From a virus (Duplodnaviria; Caudoviricetes): a stretch of DNA of 63,331 bases. Shown here piece after piece: positions 44,711-55,225 of the stretch. Made by a program: the position numbers and the translations under genes. How positions within the stretch are numbered: position 1 is the stretch's first letter; every line of letters begins with the position of its first letter. A model generated the notes under the pieces. That model had not been told where the DNA came from, searched no databases, and saw only the letters and a program-made list of their open reading frames with translations. The DNA lies in IMG/VR virus record IMGVR_UViG_3300046331_000070, positions 1-63,331 of that record; one strand, written 5' to 3'.

Positions 44711-46068
44711 TGTTTCGTAATGTAAAAGAATTAACAACCGAAGAACTACAAAAAGAACTTCAGGCCATAGAATTATTTGAACAAGAAATTAGTAAAGTCA
44801 ATGTTAATAACATGTTGAACAAATCGATCGATACCTCTTTTCTTGGACCATTGCAATGCACACTCACACCTAATGGACAGTTGTTTAGAACCGACCGGCA
44901 GGGTTTCTTGCCTGCGATGATGGAAGAAATGTATGAAGATCGTAAGAAGTTCAAGAAGTTGATGTTGAAGGCAAAGCAAGAGTACGAAGATGAAAAGGAT
45001 GAATCTAAGAAGTATGATATTGAAAAACGTATTGCACGATTCGATAACCTACAACTTGCAAAGAAAGTATCTCTAAACTCTGCATATGGTGCCTTGGGTT
45101 CACAATACTTCCGTTTCTATGATCTACGCAATGCACTAGGCGTAACATCAGCAGGACAGTTATCCATTCGTTGGATTGAAGCAAAGATCAATGACTGGAT
45201 GAACAAGATCATTGGTGGCGAATCAAAAGACTATGTTATTGCTTCTGACACAGATTCGATTTATCTTCGTATGGGTGAATTGGTTAATAAGTTTATCAAA
45301 GACACATCAGATAAACAAAAGGTCATTGCACTCATGGATAAAATCTGTGAAGAAAAGATTCAACCATATATTGACAAGAGTTACAATGAGTTGGCAGAAT
45401 ACGTCCACGCCTATGCACAGAAAATGCAAATGAAACGTGAAGGTCTTTCTGACAAAGGTATCTGGACTGCCAAGAAACGTTATATTCTGAATGTGTATAA
45501 CAATGAAGGTGTTCAGTATAATGAACCAAAAATGAAAGTGATGGGACTTGAGATGATTAAGTCCTCAACACCTTCAGTGATTCGTGGTAAAATGAAAGAA
45601 TCAATTCTGATAATGGTGAACGGCACTGAAGATGATATCCACAAATTCATTAAAGACTTTAGGGAAGAATTCAAGAAGTTGCCACCAGAAGATATTTCAT
45701 TCCCTCGTGGTATGAATGGCCTGAGAAACTATTCTGATCCGGTAACATTGTATAAGAAAGGTACTCCGATTCATGTTAAAGGTGCAATTCTATATAATCA
45801 CTTCCTGAAACAACATGATTTGACTAAAAAATATCCTCTAATCCAAGAAGGTGAAAAGATTAAGTTTTGTTATCTAAAGATGCCGAATCACTTTAAAGAT
45901 ATGGTAGTTTCGTATCCTTCGCGCTTACCTAAAGAATTTGGGCTTGACAACTACATCGATTATGATGTACAATTTGATAAATCGTTTCTTGAGCCCATTA
46001 AGGTCATTCTTGACTGTATGAAGTGGACGACAGAAAAAACAAACTCTTTGGAAGATTTTTTCGGATGA
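44710..46068 (+). CDS. gp43: Family B DNA polymerase gp43, C-terminal part
   Basis: Q.AKK..LNSAYG motif B, DTDS motif C, KKRY, KSSTP. Confidence 0.95.
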   Translation: MFRNVKELTTEELQKELQAIELFEQEISKVNVNNMLNKSIDTSFLGPLQCTLTPNGQLFRTDRQGFLPAMMEEMYEDRKKFKKLMLKAKQEYEDEKDESKKYDIEKRIARFDNLQLAKKVSLNSAYGALGSQYFRFYDLRNALGVTSAGQLSIRWIEAKINDWMNKIIGGESKDYVIASDTDSIYLRMGELVNKFIKDTSDKQKVIALMDKICEEKIQPYIDKSYNELAEYVHAYAQKMQMKREGLSDKGIWTAKKRYILNVYNNEGVQYNEPKMKVMGLEMIKSSTPSVIRGKMKESILIMVNGTEDDIHKFIKDFREEFKKLPPEDISFPRGMNGLRNYSDPVTLYKKGTPIHVKGAILYNHFLKQHDLTKKYPLIQEGEKIKFCYLKMPNHFKDMVVSYPSRLPKEFGLDNYIDYDVQFDKSFLEPIKVILDCMKWTTEKTNSLEDFFG

Positions 46069-47147
46069 TATTCTTTACCTTTTTAACGGCAATTGCATTA
46101 TCTGGTATTGCCGCATACTATTCAGTGATTGGTCTGACATCCATATTTGTGGGTGCTTTCTGGCCAATCATTTTTATGGGTGCAACACTTGAAGTCGCCA
46201 AATTGGTAACAACATCTTGGTTATATCGAAACTGGAATACTGCACCGAGATTGTTCAGGCACTACCTGACTTTTTCGGTGTTGATTCTTATGTTGATTAC
46301 TTCAATGGGTATTTTTGGATTCTTATCTAAGGCACACATTGACCAATCTGCATCATCAGGTGATGTGGTCGCTAAAGTTGCACTGATTGATGAAAGGATT
46401 AAAATTGAAAAAGACAATATTGAGGCATCGAAGCTGGCAATTAAACAGTTGGATGAAGCAGTTAATCAAGTTATGGGCAGGTCAACGGATCAAAGGGGTG
46501 CCGAGAAATCGGTCCAGATTAGACGTTCCCAACAAAAAGAAAGAAGTGTATTATTATCTGAGATATCTCAAGCACAAAAAAAGATTAATGAATACACTGA
46601 AGAAAAGTCGCCTTTAGCATCAAGTGTTCGTAAATTAGAAACTGAAATTGGTCCTTTGAAATATGTTGCAGATGTGTTCTATGGTACTGGTGCAGATAGT
46701 ATTGATAAAGCAGTACGTTTGGTAATTCTTTTGATTATGATTGTGTTTGATCCATTGGCAATTCTACTATTGGTTGCTGCAAATATGTCATTGATCGAAA
46801 AGAAGAAAACAGTCAATGAAGAACAAGAAGATGAACCAAAATATGTTGCAGATGTTACTATGCCTGAACCAGAAGAATATGAAGAAGATGATGAACCAAT
46901 ACCAGAAGGCCTGATTAAATTGTTTCAAGACGGCAAAGAACGTGACCGTAAATATCAGAAAAGTGTAGAAATTGACAAAGATAATTTAGCATTTGTTATT
47001 GATGAATCTTCAGGTGAATCTATACCATCGTTTACAGGAACACAAAAGGGTTTATTGCCGGAAAAAGATCCACCCGGATCAAAGAAATTAGAACCTAAGT
47101 ATGATTACAATGAAGCATATTCGTTTCGTGAAAAAGGAAAAACATGA
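46065..47147 (+). CDS. Membrane protein with coiled coil
   Basis: 3 N-terminal TM segments, TSMGIFGFLSKAH, coil, FDPLA TM. Confidence 0.75.
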   Translation: MIFFTFLTAIALSGIAAYYSVIGLTSIFVGAFWPIIFMGATLEVAKLVTTSWLYRNWNTAPRLFRHYLTFSVLILMLITSMGIFGFLSKAHIDQSASSGDVVAKVALIDERIKIEKDNIEASKLAIKQLDEAVNQVMGRSTDQRGAEKSVQIRRSQQKERSVLLSEISQAQKKINEYTEEKSPLASSVRKLETEIGPLKYVADVFYGTGADSIDKAVRLVILLIMIVFDPLAILLLVAANMSLIEKKKTVNEEQEDEPKYVADVTMPEPEEYEEDDEPIPEGLIKLFQDGKERDRKYQKSVEIDKDNLAFVIDESSGESIPSFTGTQKGLLPEKDPPGSKKLEPKYDYNEAYSFREKGKT

Positions 47148-48220
47148 GCATTTTAGATAAAATTAAAAAGAATAGTAGCATTAAAGAGTCTGCTATTTTG
47201 GCGAAATCAAAGTTCTTTACTGGTAAAGACATGATTTCAACTGCGGTGCCAATCATCAATGTGGCACTGTCTGGTAAACTTGATGGTGGTTTAACACCAG
47301 GTCTTACAATGTGGGCAGGTCCATCCAAACACTTTAAGACAGCATTTTCGTTATTGATGGCAAAATCTTATTTGGACAAATATGAAAACGCAGCCTTACT
47401 ATTCTATGACAGCGAATTTGGTACTCCTCAATCGTATTTTGATTCGTTTGGAATTGATCCCAACCGAGTATTACATACTCCTATTATGGATGTTGAGCAA
47501 CTCAAGTTTGACATTATGGGTCAACTGACCAATTTAGATCACGATGATAAATTAATTATCATTATCGATTCGATTGGTAACTTGGCATCAAAGAAAGAAG
47601 TTGATGATGCACTTGACGGCAAATCTGTTGCTGATATGTCTCGTGCAAAACAAATCAAATCATTATTCCGTATGGTAACTCCATATCTGACAATGAAAGA
47701 TATTCCAATGATTGTTGTGAATCACACATACAAAGAAATTGGTTTGTATCCTAAAGACATCGTTGGTGGTGGAACAGGTTCATATTATTCCGCAGATAAC
47801 ATCTTCATTCTTGGTCGTCAACAAGAAAAAGAAGGTACAGAAGTTATTGGATACAATTTTATTATTAATGTAGAAAAAAGTCGTTATGTTCGTGAAAAAT
47901 CTAAGATACCTGTTTCTGTATCTTTCGATGGTGGTATCAGTAAGTGGTCTGGTCTTTTGGATATTGCTCTCGAAAGTGGTCATGTAATCAAACCAAGCAA
48001 TGGTTGGTACTCACCTAGAGATGAAGATGGTGTTTATGCAGATAAGAAGTATCGACTAAAAGAAACTGACACTAAAGAATTCTGGATGCCAATTCTGAAA
48101 CAGAAATCATTCCAGGAATATGTTGAGAACAAATATCGTGTTGCATCAGGAGAAATTATGCAAGGAGATATTAGTGCGGCATTTGACGTTGACACCATGA
48201 ATGGTACGGAGGCAAAATGA
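47144..48220 (+). CDS. uvsX: RecA-like recombinase UvsX
   Basis: AGPSKHFKT, YDSEFG, DSIGNLAS, GGG.G..YS. Confidence 0.96.
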   Translation: MSILDKIKKNSSIKESAILAKSKFFTGKDMISTAVPIINVALSGKLDGGLTPGLTMWAGPSKHFKTAFSLLMAKSYLDKYENAALLFYDSEFGTPQSYFDSFGIDPNRVLHTPIMDVEQLKFDIMGQLTNLDHDDKLIIIIDSIGNLASKKEVDDALDGKSVADMSRAKQIKSLFRMVTPYLTMKDIPMIVVNHTYKEIGLYPKDIVGGGTGSYYSADNIFILGRQQEKEGTEVIGYNFIINVEKSRYVREKSKIPVSVSFDGGISKWSGLLDIALESGHVIKPSNGWYSPRDEDGVYADKKYRLKETDTKEFWMPILKQKSFQEYVENKYRVASGEIMQGDISAAFDVDTMNGTEAK

Positions 48221-48534
48221 TTGAAGGTACAGATTACTGTTTCATCTATCCTAAAAATGACGGTACTGCCGTCCACATTAAATTACTAACAGGACCATAC
48301 GTTGATACACTATTCAAGTATGGTAAGGTTAAATTTAAAGAAGAAAACGATCAGGTCTATTTACTTTTTGCTTACGATGTGTTAGAATCTACTGTATCGA
48401 AGCCAAAAAAGTTGGAGAAAGATGCCGACTTCAAAAATTACCTAGGTGATTTATTGGTACAAATTATGTCAGGCAATTTAGAGGATATTATTGATGAAGT
48501 TGGAACAGACGATACTGAAGAATCTAGTATTTAA
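48217..48534 (+). CDS. Hypothetical protein (position of T4 gp40)
   Basis: Between uvsX and gp41, translationally coupled. Confidence 0.6.
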   Translation: MIEGTDYCFIYPKNDGTAVHIKLLTGPYVDTLFKYGKVKFKEENDQVYLLFAYDVLESTVSKPKKLEKDADFKNYLGDLLVQIMSGNLEDIIDEVGTDDTEESSI

Positions 48535-49873
48535 TGAGGACTACCTGAGAAAGGTAGTTCCTTTTTTAAAAGAAGAATATTTCACAGATAGAACTGATAG
48601 AGTAATTTTTAATGAAATCCTCTCATTCACGGATACTTACAACACTCCACCTACAATTGAAGCAATCCAATTGGCCATTAAAGAAAAGAGAAATCTCACA
48701 AATGATGAGGTGGAGAACTGCGAAAAGTATCTACAAGAGATTGAGAAAACTAGCAAAGAAACATCACAGAGTGAATGGCTCGTCGATAAGACGGAAAAGT
48801 TTTGCCAAGAAAAGGCCATTTACAATGCTGTTTTGGGGTCTATTTCTATACTCGATGGAAAAGACAAGACAAATGACAAAGGTTCAATCCCGAAGATTTT
48901 GTCGGATGCGTTATCGGTCAGCTTTGACAGTTCCGTTGGACATGACTATTTAAACGATTCGAATGACCGTTATGAATTCTACCATAGAAAAGAAGAAAGA
49001 ATCCCATTTGATCTGGACTATTTCAACAAAATTACTAAAGGTGGTTTACCGAATAAAACTCTTAACATTGCTCTGGCGGGTACGGGTGTGGGTAAGAGTT
49101 TATTCATGTGTCACGTTGCTGCCTCATGTATGGTACAAGGTAAAAATGTACTCTACATCACCATGGAAATGGCTGAAGAAAAGATTGCAGAACGTATTGA
49201 TGCGAATCTACTGAATGTAACACTTGACGACCTTGCTCAATTGTCGAAAGAAATGTATGACAAAAAGGTTGAACGTGTAAAAGAAAAGACTACTGGTAAG
49301 TTGATTATTAAAGAATACCCAACTGCATCATCCTCAGCAACACATTTTAGAACATTATTGAATGAACTCAATCTCAAGAAGTCTTTCGTTCCTCACATTA
49401 TTTTTATTGATTACCTCAACATTTGTTGCAGTTCAAGAATTAAAGCCGGAGCCAACATCAATTCATACACTTACGTTAAATCAATCGCAGAAGAATTGCG
49501 AGGTCTTGCCGTTGAATTCGGAGTACCGATTGTATCTGCAACGCAAACAACAAGATCCGGTTTTACTTCCTCAGACCCAGGACTTGAAGATACAAGTGAG
49601 TCTTTTGGTTTGCCCGCTACTGCTGACATGATGTTTGCCTTGATTACGTCCGAAGAACTAGAATCTCTCGGTCAAATCATGGTAAAACAATTGAAGAATC
49701 GATATTCTGATCCAACATTTCATAAACGATTCACGATTGGTGTGGATAGAGCAAAGATGAAATTGTATGATGTAGAACAATCTGGTCAAGACGGAATCTC
49801 TGATGCAGGACATAGTGGACCTAGTGGACCAAGACCAGCACCTAAAAAATCATTTGATGGATTTAAAGTATAA
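48494..49873 (+). CDS. gp41: Replicative helicase gp41
   Basis: AGTGVGKS, IDYLNI, SATQTTR, SESFGLP.TAD, QLKNRY. Confidence 0.96.
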   Translation: MKLEQTILKNLVFNEDYLRKVVPFLKEEYFTDRTDRVIFNEILSFTDTYNTPPTIEAIQLAIKEKRNLTNDEVENCEKYLQEIEKTSKETSQSEWLVDKTEKFCQEKAIYNAVLGSISILDGKDKTNDKGSIPKILSDALSVSFDSSVGHDYLNDSNDRYEFYHRKEERIPFDLDYFNKITKGGLPNKTLNIALAGTGVGKSLFMCHVAASCMVQGKNVLYITMEMAEEKIAERIDANLLNVTLDDLAQLSKEMYDKKVERVKEKTTGKLIIKEYPTASSSATHFRTLLNELNLKKSFVPHIIFIDYLNICCSSRIKAGANINSYTYVKSIAEELRGLAVEFGVPIVSATQTTRSGFTSSDPGLEDTSESFGLPATADMMFALITSEELESLGQIMVKQLKNRYSDPTFHKRFTIGVDRAKMKLYDVEQSGQDGISDAGHSGPSGPRPAPKKSFDGFKV

Positions 49874-50976
49874 TGTTTACTAAAGAAGATGCAATTCATT
49901 GTGCAAAAGTGTTTCAAGATTACTTTGGTAATTTCGAACGCATTGATGAGTATATGCGAGATCAGAAACTAAATTCACTGGCAGATTTGCCTACCAATCC
50001 TCTATTCCCGATTGAAGATGAATTGTTTTCTGATTTCACCATGCACCCAAATGATATGGATTTTGAGGTGTGTGAAATTGATAATGAAACGTGGACAAAT
50101 CTACTTAACATTACCTCGTCACATGTAAACATTGCACCTGTTGGTCGTAATGTGAAGTTGGCAGTACGCGAGAAAACCACTGGAAAGTACGTTGGATTCA
50201 TTCGTCTTGGTTCACCCGTAATCAACTGCAAACCACGAAATGAAATGCTTGGACAAGTGTTTACGCAACAACCTGAGTGGGGTAAACGATTCAACGACTC
50301 AGCAATGATGGGTTTTGTTATTGTGCCTGCACAACCATTTGGTTATAATTACTTGGGTGGTAAATTACTTGCCGGTATTTGCACATCTCATGCCGTTCGT
50401 GAAATTGTCAACAAGAAATACAATATGAATTTGTGTCTCTTTGAAACAACAAGTTTGTATGGTTCATCCAAGAATGTGTCGCAATATGACGGCATGAAAC
50501 CTTTCATTCGTTATAAAGGCTTGACAGATAGTGATTTCTTGCCTATGATGCACGGTAAACCATATTCAGACCTTCGTGATTATGTGCAAAACAAAGTTGG
50601 TCCTTTGGTTGAAGATACAGCATCAAGTAAAAAGTTAAAAATTAGTATGAAAATCATTTCAATGACAAAGGCTGCACTGAAGGGTACACCTGAGTTAGAA
50701 GGTTTTATCAAAACGATTACTGATGCGAAGAAACTGACTGAACAAAAACGTTACTACATTTCACACTATGGTTATAAAAACATGGTTGATTATGTTACTT
50801 GCAAAACAGACACATTAATCAAAGATGATACTTATGACAAATTTGAATTGGAAAATGTCATTGCATGGTGGAAAAACAAAGCAAGTAACCGTTTCGACAC
50901 ATTGAAGGCAGATGTTAGACTAAGAACTGAATTGGAAATCTGGACTTCTGGCAAACCTATTGATATCATCAGATAA
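49873..50976 (+). CDS. DUF4338/DruA-like protein (paralog 2)
   Basis: VPAQPFGYNYLGGKLLA, ETTSLYG, SQYDG shared with 21838..23103. Confidence 0.6.
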   Translation: MFTKEDAIHCAKVFQDYFGNFERIDEYMRDQKLNSLADLPTNPLFPIEDELFSDFTMHPNDMDFEVCEIDNETWTNLLNITSSHVNIAPVGRNVKLAVREKTTGKYVGFIRLGSPVINCKPRNEMLGQVFTQQPEWGKRFNDSAMMGFVIVPAQPFGYNYLGGKLLAGICTSHAVREIVNKKYNMNLCLFETTSLYGSSKNVSQYDGMKPFIRYKGLTDSDFLPMMHGKPYSDLRDYVQNKVGPLVEDTASSKKLKISMKIISMTKAALKGTPELEGFIKTITDAKKLTEQKRYYISHYGYKNMVDYVTCKTDTLIKDDTYDKFELENVIAWWKNKASNRFDTLKADVRLRTELEIWTSGKPIDIIR

Positions 50977-51007
50977 ATATCCATTACACATATTAATGGA
51001 TTAAAAC

Positions 51008-52111
51008 ATGCCAGCAATTCCAACAAAAGTAACTGAGGCTCCTTCTTCGGGTATCTCTGGTGCAGGTTCAGAAATAACCGCACTGGCCGAAAGTTTACAG
51101 GCTTATGCTTGTGCAACTAGACAATTCTTAGGTAAAGATTTAGTTGATGTTGCACAGATAACAGAAAAGACGATTGGTGATGCTGATTGTGATCGAACTT
51201 TGGCTGCTTGTATGAAAGGTTTGGATGAAGGTTGGTTTCATAGTGTAATAGTCACAACAAATGCAATATTCCATGACGTTCCTGATAGTAAATCACAAAA
51301 ATTTACTTTTTATCGCGGTGGAAAATTAGTCGAACAGATTTATTCCGAATTTGGTAAATTCAGAAAAGAAAGTGGTGTAACGGGTGATGACAAATGGAAT
51401 CCGGCGGATATTTGGATGGCCAAAAAAGGATTCGTTTTCAAAAAAGACTGGGCCACATTAACAGAATATAATCGTTATATTTACGACCAATTCGCATTAA
51501 CAAATCTAGTTGGCATTTCACTCAAAAAGATACCAAAGGGTGAAGCACATTCCAAAATATATAATAATGGTTTGCCTCTAGTTGCAGAATTTAATGGTAT
51601 AAAATTGGGACCTAATATGTTAGATTCCAAAGACATTTACATAAAATTCAAATCTGAAGGTAAAGAAGGTGAGATTCAATTAAGAAACTTCTCAAGTCGA
51701 CCAGTTACTAGTTCATGGCAAGGTGAAATTAAAGGTAAGACTGCGGCCGGTGGTAAAATTGGTGGTGGACTTGTCATGCGAGCAGCAATTGAATCGGGTG
51801 TAGAAAAAAGTAAATTAACATTACCAAATGAATTTACCGGACAGATTGCAAAACCATCAGATGCAACATTTAAAAAATTTGCAATGATGTTTAAAGAGTT
51901 GTCTGGTTCAAAAGCCAAATTAGAGGATCTTATTCTAGAAGCAAAAATTGGACATAGAAAAGATCAAACTTGGTGGATGTCAAAATATTTGGGTGTTGAT
52001 TATGTATATACGACCATGAAATCTGGTAAAATTGGCGATGTTGCTAAATGGTTATATGAATATGGATCATCAGCAACAAAAAATAGTAGCATTTTTATAA
52101 AGTATAGTTAA
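51008..52111 (+). CDS. Hypothetical protein, possible PD-(D/E)XK nuclease-like fold
   Basis: DKWNPADIW..GISLKK; late-like GATAAATA upstream. Confidence 0.5.
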   Translation: MPAIPTKVTEAPSSGISGAGSEITALAESLQAYACATRQFLGKDLVDVAQITEKTIGDADCDRTLAACMKGLDEGWFHSVIVTTNAIFHDVPDSKSQKFTFYRGGKLVEQIYSEFGKFRKESGVTGDDKWNPADIWMAKKGFVFKKDWATLTEYNRYIYDQFALTNLVGISLKKIPKGEAHSKIYNNGLPLVAEFNGIKLGPNMLDSKDIYIKFKSEGKEGEIQLRNFSSRPVTSSWQGEIKGKTAAGGKIGGGLVMRAAIESGVEKSKLTLPNEFTGQIAKPSDATFKKFAMMFKELSGSKAKLEDLILEAKIGHRKDQTWWMSKYLGVDYVYTTMKSGKIGDVAKWLYEYGSSATKNSSIFIKYS

Positions 52112-52112
52112 T

Positions 52113-52394
52113 ATGGCACTTACAGACTTTGACAAGATTATGAAAGAATACCAACATCTAGACAATGATTTTGGTTTCTCTGCGGTATCAGAAGAAGAAT
52201 ATAATAAAGTAATTAATGATACTACATCAACAGCAGACAATTATAAAGCACGATTGGAAGAATTGGAGAAGATGATTGTTCCATTCCTAAATAAATTACA
52301 CAGTACAGGCGATAAAGAATATATCTATTGGCCTAATCGTAAACCAGCAATTGAAAAACAAATAGAGAAGATACTAAAACTAACAAGAGGTTGA
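52113..52394 (+). CDS. Hypothetical protein
   Basis: DFGFSAV, PFL..L..KEYIYWPNR. Confidence 0.65.
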   Translation: MALTDFDKIMKEYQHLDNDFGFSAVSEEEYNKVINDTTSTADNYKARLEELEKMIVPFLNKLHSTGDKEYIYWPNRKPAIEKQIEKILKLTRG

Positions 52395-52396
52395 TT

Positions 52397-53104
52397 ATGT
52401 CTGTAACAGTGATTATACCAACTACCGGTGCACCGGAGTTGAGCAAGGCAATCGAGAGTGTTTTATTGAATCATGATACAATATGTTATGTTGTTTGTGA
52501 TGGTGAAGAAAATGCAGGAAAAGTAAAAGTTATTACTAGTGAATTTGCAGGTAATAAAAATTTAAAAGTTAGTGTTTTACCCATCAATGTCGGAGCCAAT
52601 GGTTTTTATGGCCACCGAGTCTATGCATCATTTACACATCTAGTCAATACGGAATATGTACTATATCTGGACCAAGACAATTGGTTTCATCCAGATCATG
52701 TGCAATCATGTGTCGATACAATCGAAGAAGGTAAATTAGATTGGTGTTATTCGTTGCGAAAAATCAGATCCAAAGACGGTACATTTATTTGTAATGATGA
52801 CTGTGAATCTTTAGGCAAGTGGCAATCTTATCATGGCATTAATCATGTAGATACAAATAGTTATTGCCTTAAAACATCGGTTGCGATACAATTAGCATCT
52901 GCATGGCATGGAGGTTGGGGACAAGATCGTGTTTTCTTAGCAACCGTTTCTAAGTATTTTCCTAACTATGATTGCACAAAAAAATATAGCGTCAACTATC
53001 GAGTTGATGGAAATGCCGGATCAGTTACTGGTGATTTCTTCCTAAATGGCAATGAAGTGATGAACAAAAAATATAATGGAGTTTTCCCATGGAATACAAT
53101 TTAA
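52397..53104 (+). CDS. Glycosyltransferase family 2
   Basis: VTVIIPT, AIESVL, YLDQD, QDR. Confidence 0.8.
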   Translation: MSVTVIIPTTGAPELSKAIESVLLNHDTICYVVCDGEENAGKVKVITSEFAGNKNLKVSVLPINVGANGFYGHRVYASFTHLVNTEYVLYLDQDNWFHPDHVQSCVDTIEEGKLDWCYSLRKIRSKDGTFICNDDCESLGKWQSYHGINHVDTNSYCLKTSVAIQLASAWHGGWGQDRVFLATVSKYFPNYDCTKKYSVNYRVDGNAGSVTGDFFLNGNEVMNKKYNGVFPWNTI

Positions 53105-53958
53105 TTATCGGTGCAGCAACCGGTTACAACTACAATCAACTCAAGCCTTGGGCAGAATCTATTGGTAAAGTTTGCGATGAATACACCGATAAGGTGTTGT
53201 TTGTCGGTAATATGTCAGAAGAAACTAGATCGAAACTTATCGAACAGAATTTTCTTCTAATTGAAATGCCTAATCTTCCAGGTGTGCCAGTTCATGTTGC
53301 ACGTTTTCTTGCAATCTATGACTACCTAAGAGATTCACACAGACAATACAAATATGTTGTTACCACTGATGTAAAGGATGTTTATTTTCAAACCAATCCA
53401 TTTAATTGGATGGATAAGATAATGACACCAGGTTCAATGTGTCGTTTGGTTGTTGGTTCTGAAAGTATGTTGTATAAAGATGAACCTTGGGGCAATGAGA
53501 ATCTTTTGCAAACTTATGGTCCATATGTACATAACATATTCAAAGAAAATAAGATTTATAACGTTGGAGTGATCGGTGGTCATTCTGAATATGTAAAAGA
53601 CTTAGTGTTCAACATATTCAGCAATGCGACCAACAGGCCTATTCCTATCGTTGACCAAGCGGTCTTTAATGTATTGATACAGACCAGACCATACAAAGAT
53701 GTAATTTACTTTGCAGAACAATCAGATGGTTGGGCTTGTCAGGCAGGTACGACAGTTGATCCATCAAAAATTGAACAATTCCGACCATTCTTAACTGAAG
53801 CAGAACCAAGTTTCAAAGAAGGTATTGTATGGACAAGTAAAGAAACACCATTCTGTATCGTACACCAATATGATCGTGTACCAGAATGGAAGAAATTCAT
53901 ACAAGAGAAATACGAACAAGACGATCCAAATAACTTTTTTACATATAGGACAGCATAA
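53089..53958 (+). CDS. GT-A glycosyltransferase-like protein
   Basis: RF..Y, TDVKDV.FQ, N.GVIGG, DQ..FN, HQYDR. Confidence 0.7.
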   Translation: MEYNLIIGAATGYNYNQLKPWAESIGKVCDEYTDKVLFVGNMSEETRSKLIEQNFLLIEMPNLPGVPVHVARFLAIYDYLRDSHRQYKYVVTTDVKDVYFQTNPFNWMDKIMTPGSMCRLVVGSESMLYKDEPWGNENLLQTYGPYVHNIFKENKIYNVGVIGGHSEYVKDLVFNIFSNATNRPIPIVDQAVFNVLIQTRPYKDVIYFAEQSDGWACQAGTTVDPSKIEQFRPFLTEAEPSFKEGIVWTSKETPFCIVHQYDRVPEWKKFIQEKYEQDDPNNFFTYRTA

Positions 53959-54527
53959 TGAGTGATGTGATTAAATTTAACACCGAAACACAGGCATTTG
54001 GTATCATACCAGGACAATTCAAATGTTCAGGTTATGGTCTTGCAGAACTAATCAAAGACATTCCTAATTCAAGAGGAATTGAAATTGGATGTGATGTTGG
54101 TGACACCACAGAATTTCTATTGAAAACACATCAGACTTTAATGCTTGATGGTGTTGATCCATACGAAAATTATGTCGATTGGAACGGTAACAACCTAAAC
54201 GAACGACAAGTTGTTTATGATAATTTCATGCAACGAGTAAAACCATTCGGTACACGATTCAATTTGTTCCGTGAATATTCAGATGATGCTGCAAAAGAAA
54301 TTGCAGATGAACATTACGACTTTATCTTTATTGATGGTTTACATACTTACGAACAGTTGACCAAAGATTGTGCAAACTATTACTCTAAAGTGAAACCTGG
54401 TGGTATCTTTGCAGGACACGATTACAATGCCATTGAAGGTGTTCGTCGGGCTGCTGATGAATTTGCTGCAAGTGTCGGTAAAGAGATTCTTAAAACTGAA
54501 TGTGACGTTTGGTACTGGGTAAAATGA
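53958..54527 (+). CDS. Class I SAM-dependent methyltransferase
   Basis: IEIG, DFIFIDG.H.Y, KPGG...GHDY. Confidence 0.85.
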   Translation: MSDVIKFNTETQAFGIIPGQFKCSGYGLAELIKDIPNSRGIEIGCDVGDTTEFLLKTHQTLMLDGVDPYENYVDWNGNNLNERQVVYDNFMQRVKPFGTRFNLFREYSDDAAKEIADEHYDFIFIDGLHTYEQLTKDCANYYSKVKPGGIFAGHDYNAIEGVRRAADEFAASVGKEILKTECDVWYWVK

Positions 54528-55225
54528 AAAAGTGCATAGTGTTGTCGGGTGAATATAGAACTTTCGATAAGACATGGCAAAACATCCAAAAATTCATTGA
54601 GTTGAATGATTTGGATGTTTATTGCCATGTGTGGGCAGATAAAAATTCAACCGAAAATAAAAGACAATTCCATGCGATTCGTGATAGGTTAAAACCGAAA
54701 CAAATGTTGCAAGAACCAATGGAACCATATTGTGACATCTTTGATGGCATCGACCAACACATTAGATTCAATAATCCAAAAGGTCCTAATCAAGACCGTC
54801 TTGCAGGTAATGCTTCGATGCATTATAGTAGAAAAAAGGCATTTGATTTAATCAAAGAAGAATATGATGTGTTGGTATATTGCAGATATGATATAGCAAT
54901 TACCCCATTTGAGTTTCATGCAAATATTCCTGTATTGTTGTCACCAACGGAACAGGCATATAATATCATCTCTGATATTTTTGCAATCATGCCGTTTGAA
55001 TTTGCACCAGATTACTTTTTGTATGATAATTATGAACAACTACATTCCACACCGTTTGAACCAGAGTTTGAGAACTGGTTGCGCGATGTGAAAAACTATG
55101 GTGAAGAAAATATCAGAATACATAAAGAAGATCGATATTGTCCTCATATGATGTTATTAAATAACTTAGTCATGAATGATGTTCCTTACACACTATTAGA
55201 TTTGCCTGTACAAATACAACGATGA
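54524..55225 (+). CDS. Glycosyltransferase-like protein
   Basis: SG..R, DVY.H.W, YD.....R.D, D.FA; paralog of the next gene. Confidence 0.55.
   Translation: MKKCIVLSGEYRTFDKTWQNIQKFIELNDLDVYCHVWADKNSTENKRQFHAIRDRLKPKQMLQEPMEPYCDIFDGIDQHIRFNNPKGPNQDRLAGNASMHYSRKKAFDLIKEEYDVLVYCRYDIAITPFEFHANIPVLLSPTEQAYNIISDIFAIMPFEFAPDYFLYDNYEQLHSTPFEPEFENWLRDVKNYGEENIRIHKEDRYCPHMMLLNNLVMNDVPYTLLDLPVQIQR

Noticed and set aside
44100-44760. Group I intron or split intein in gp43
   Set aside because: The gap is only 29 nt plus the HNH ORF; no intron core, and no Cys/Ser start or His-Asn end at the junctions
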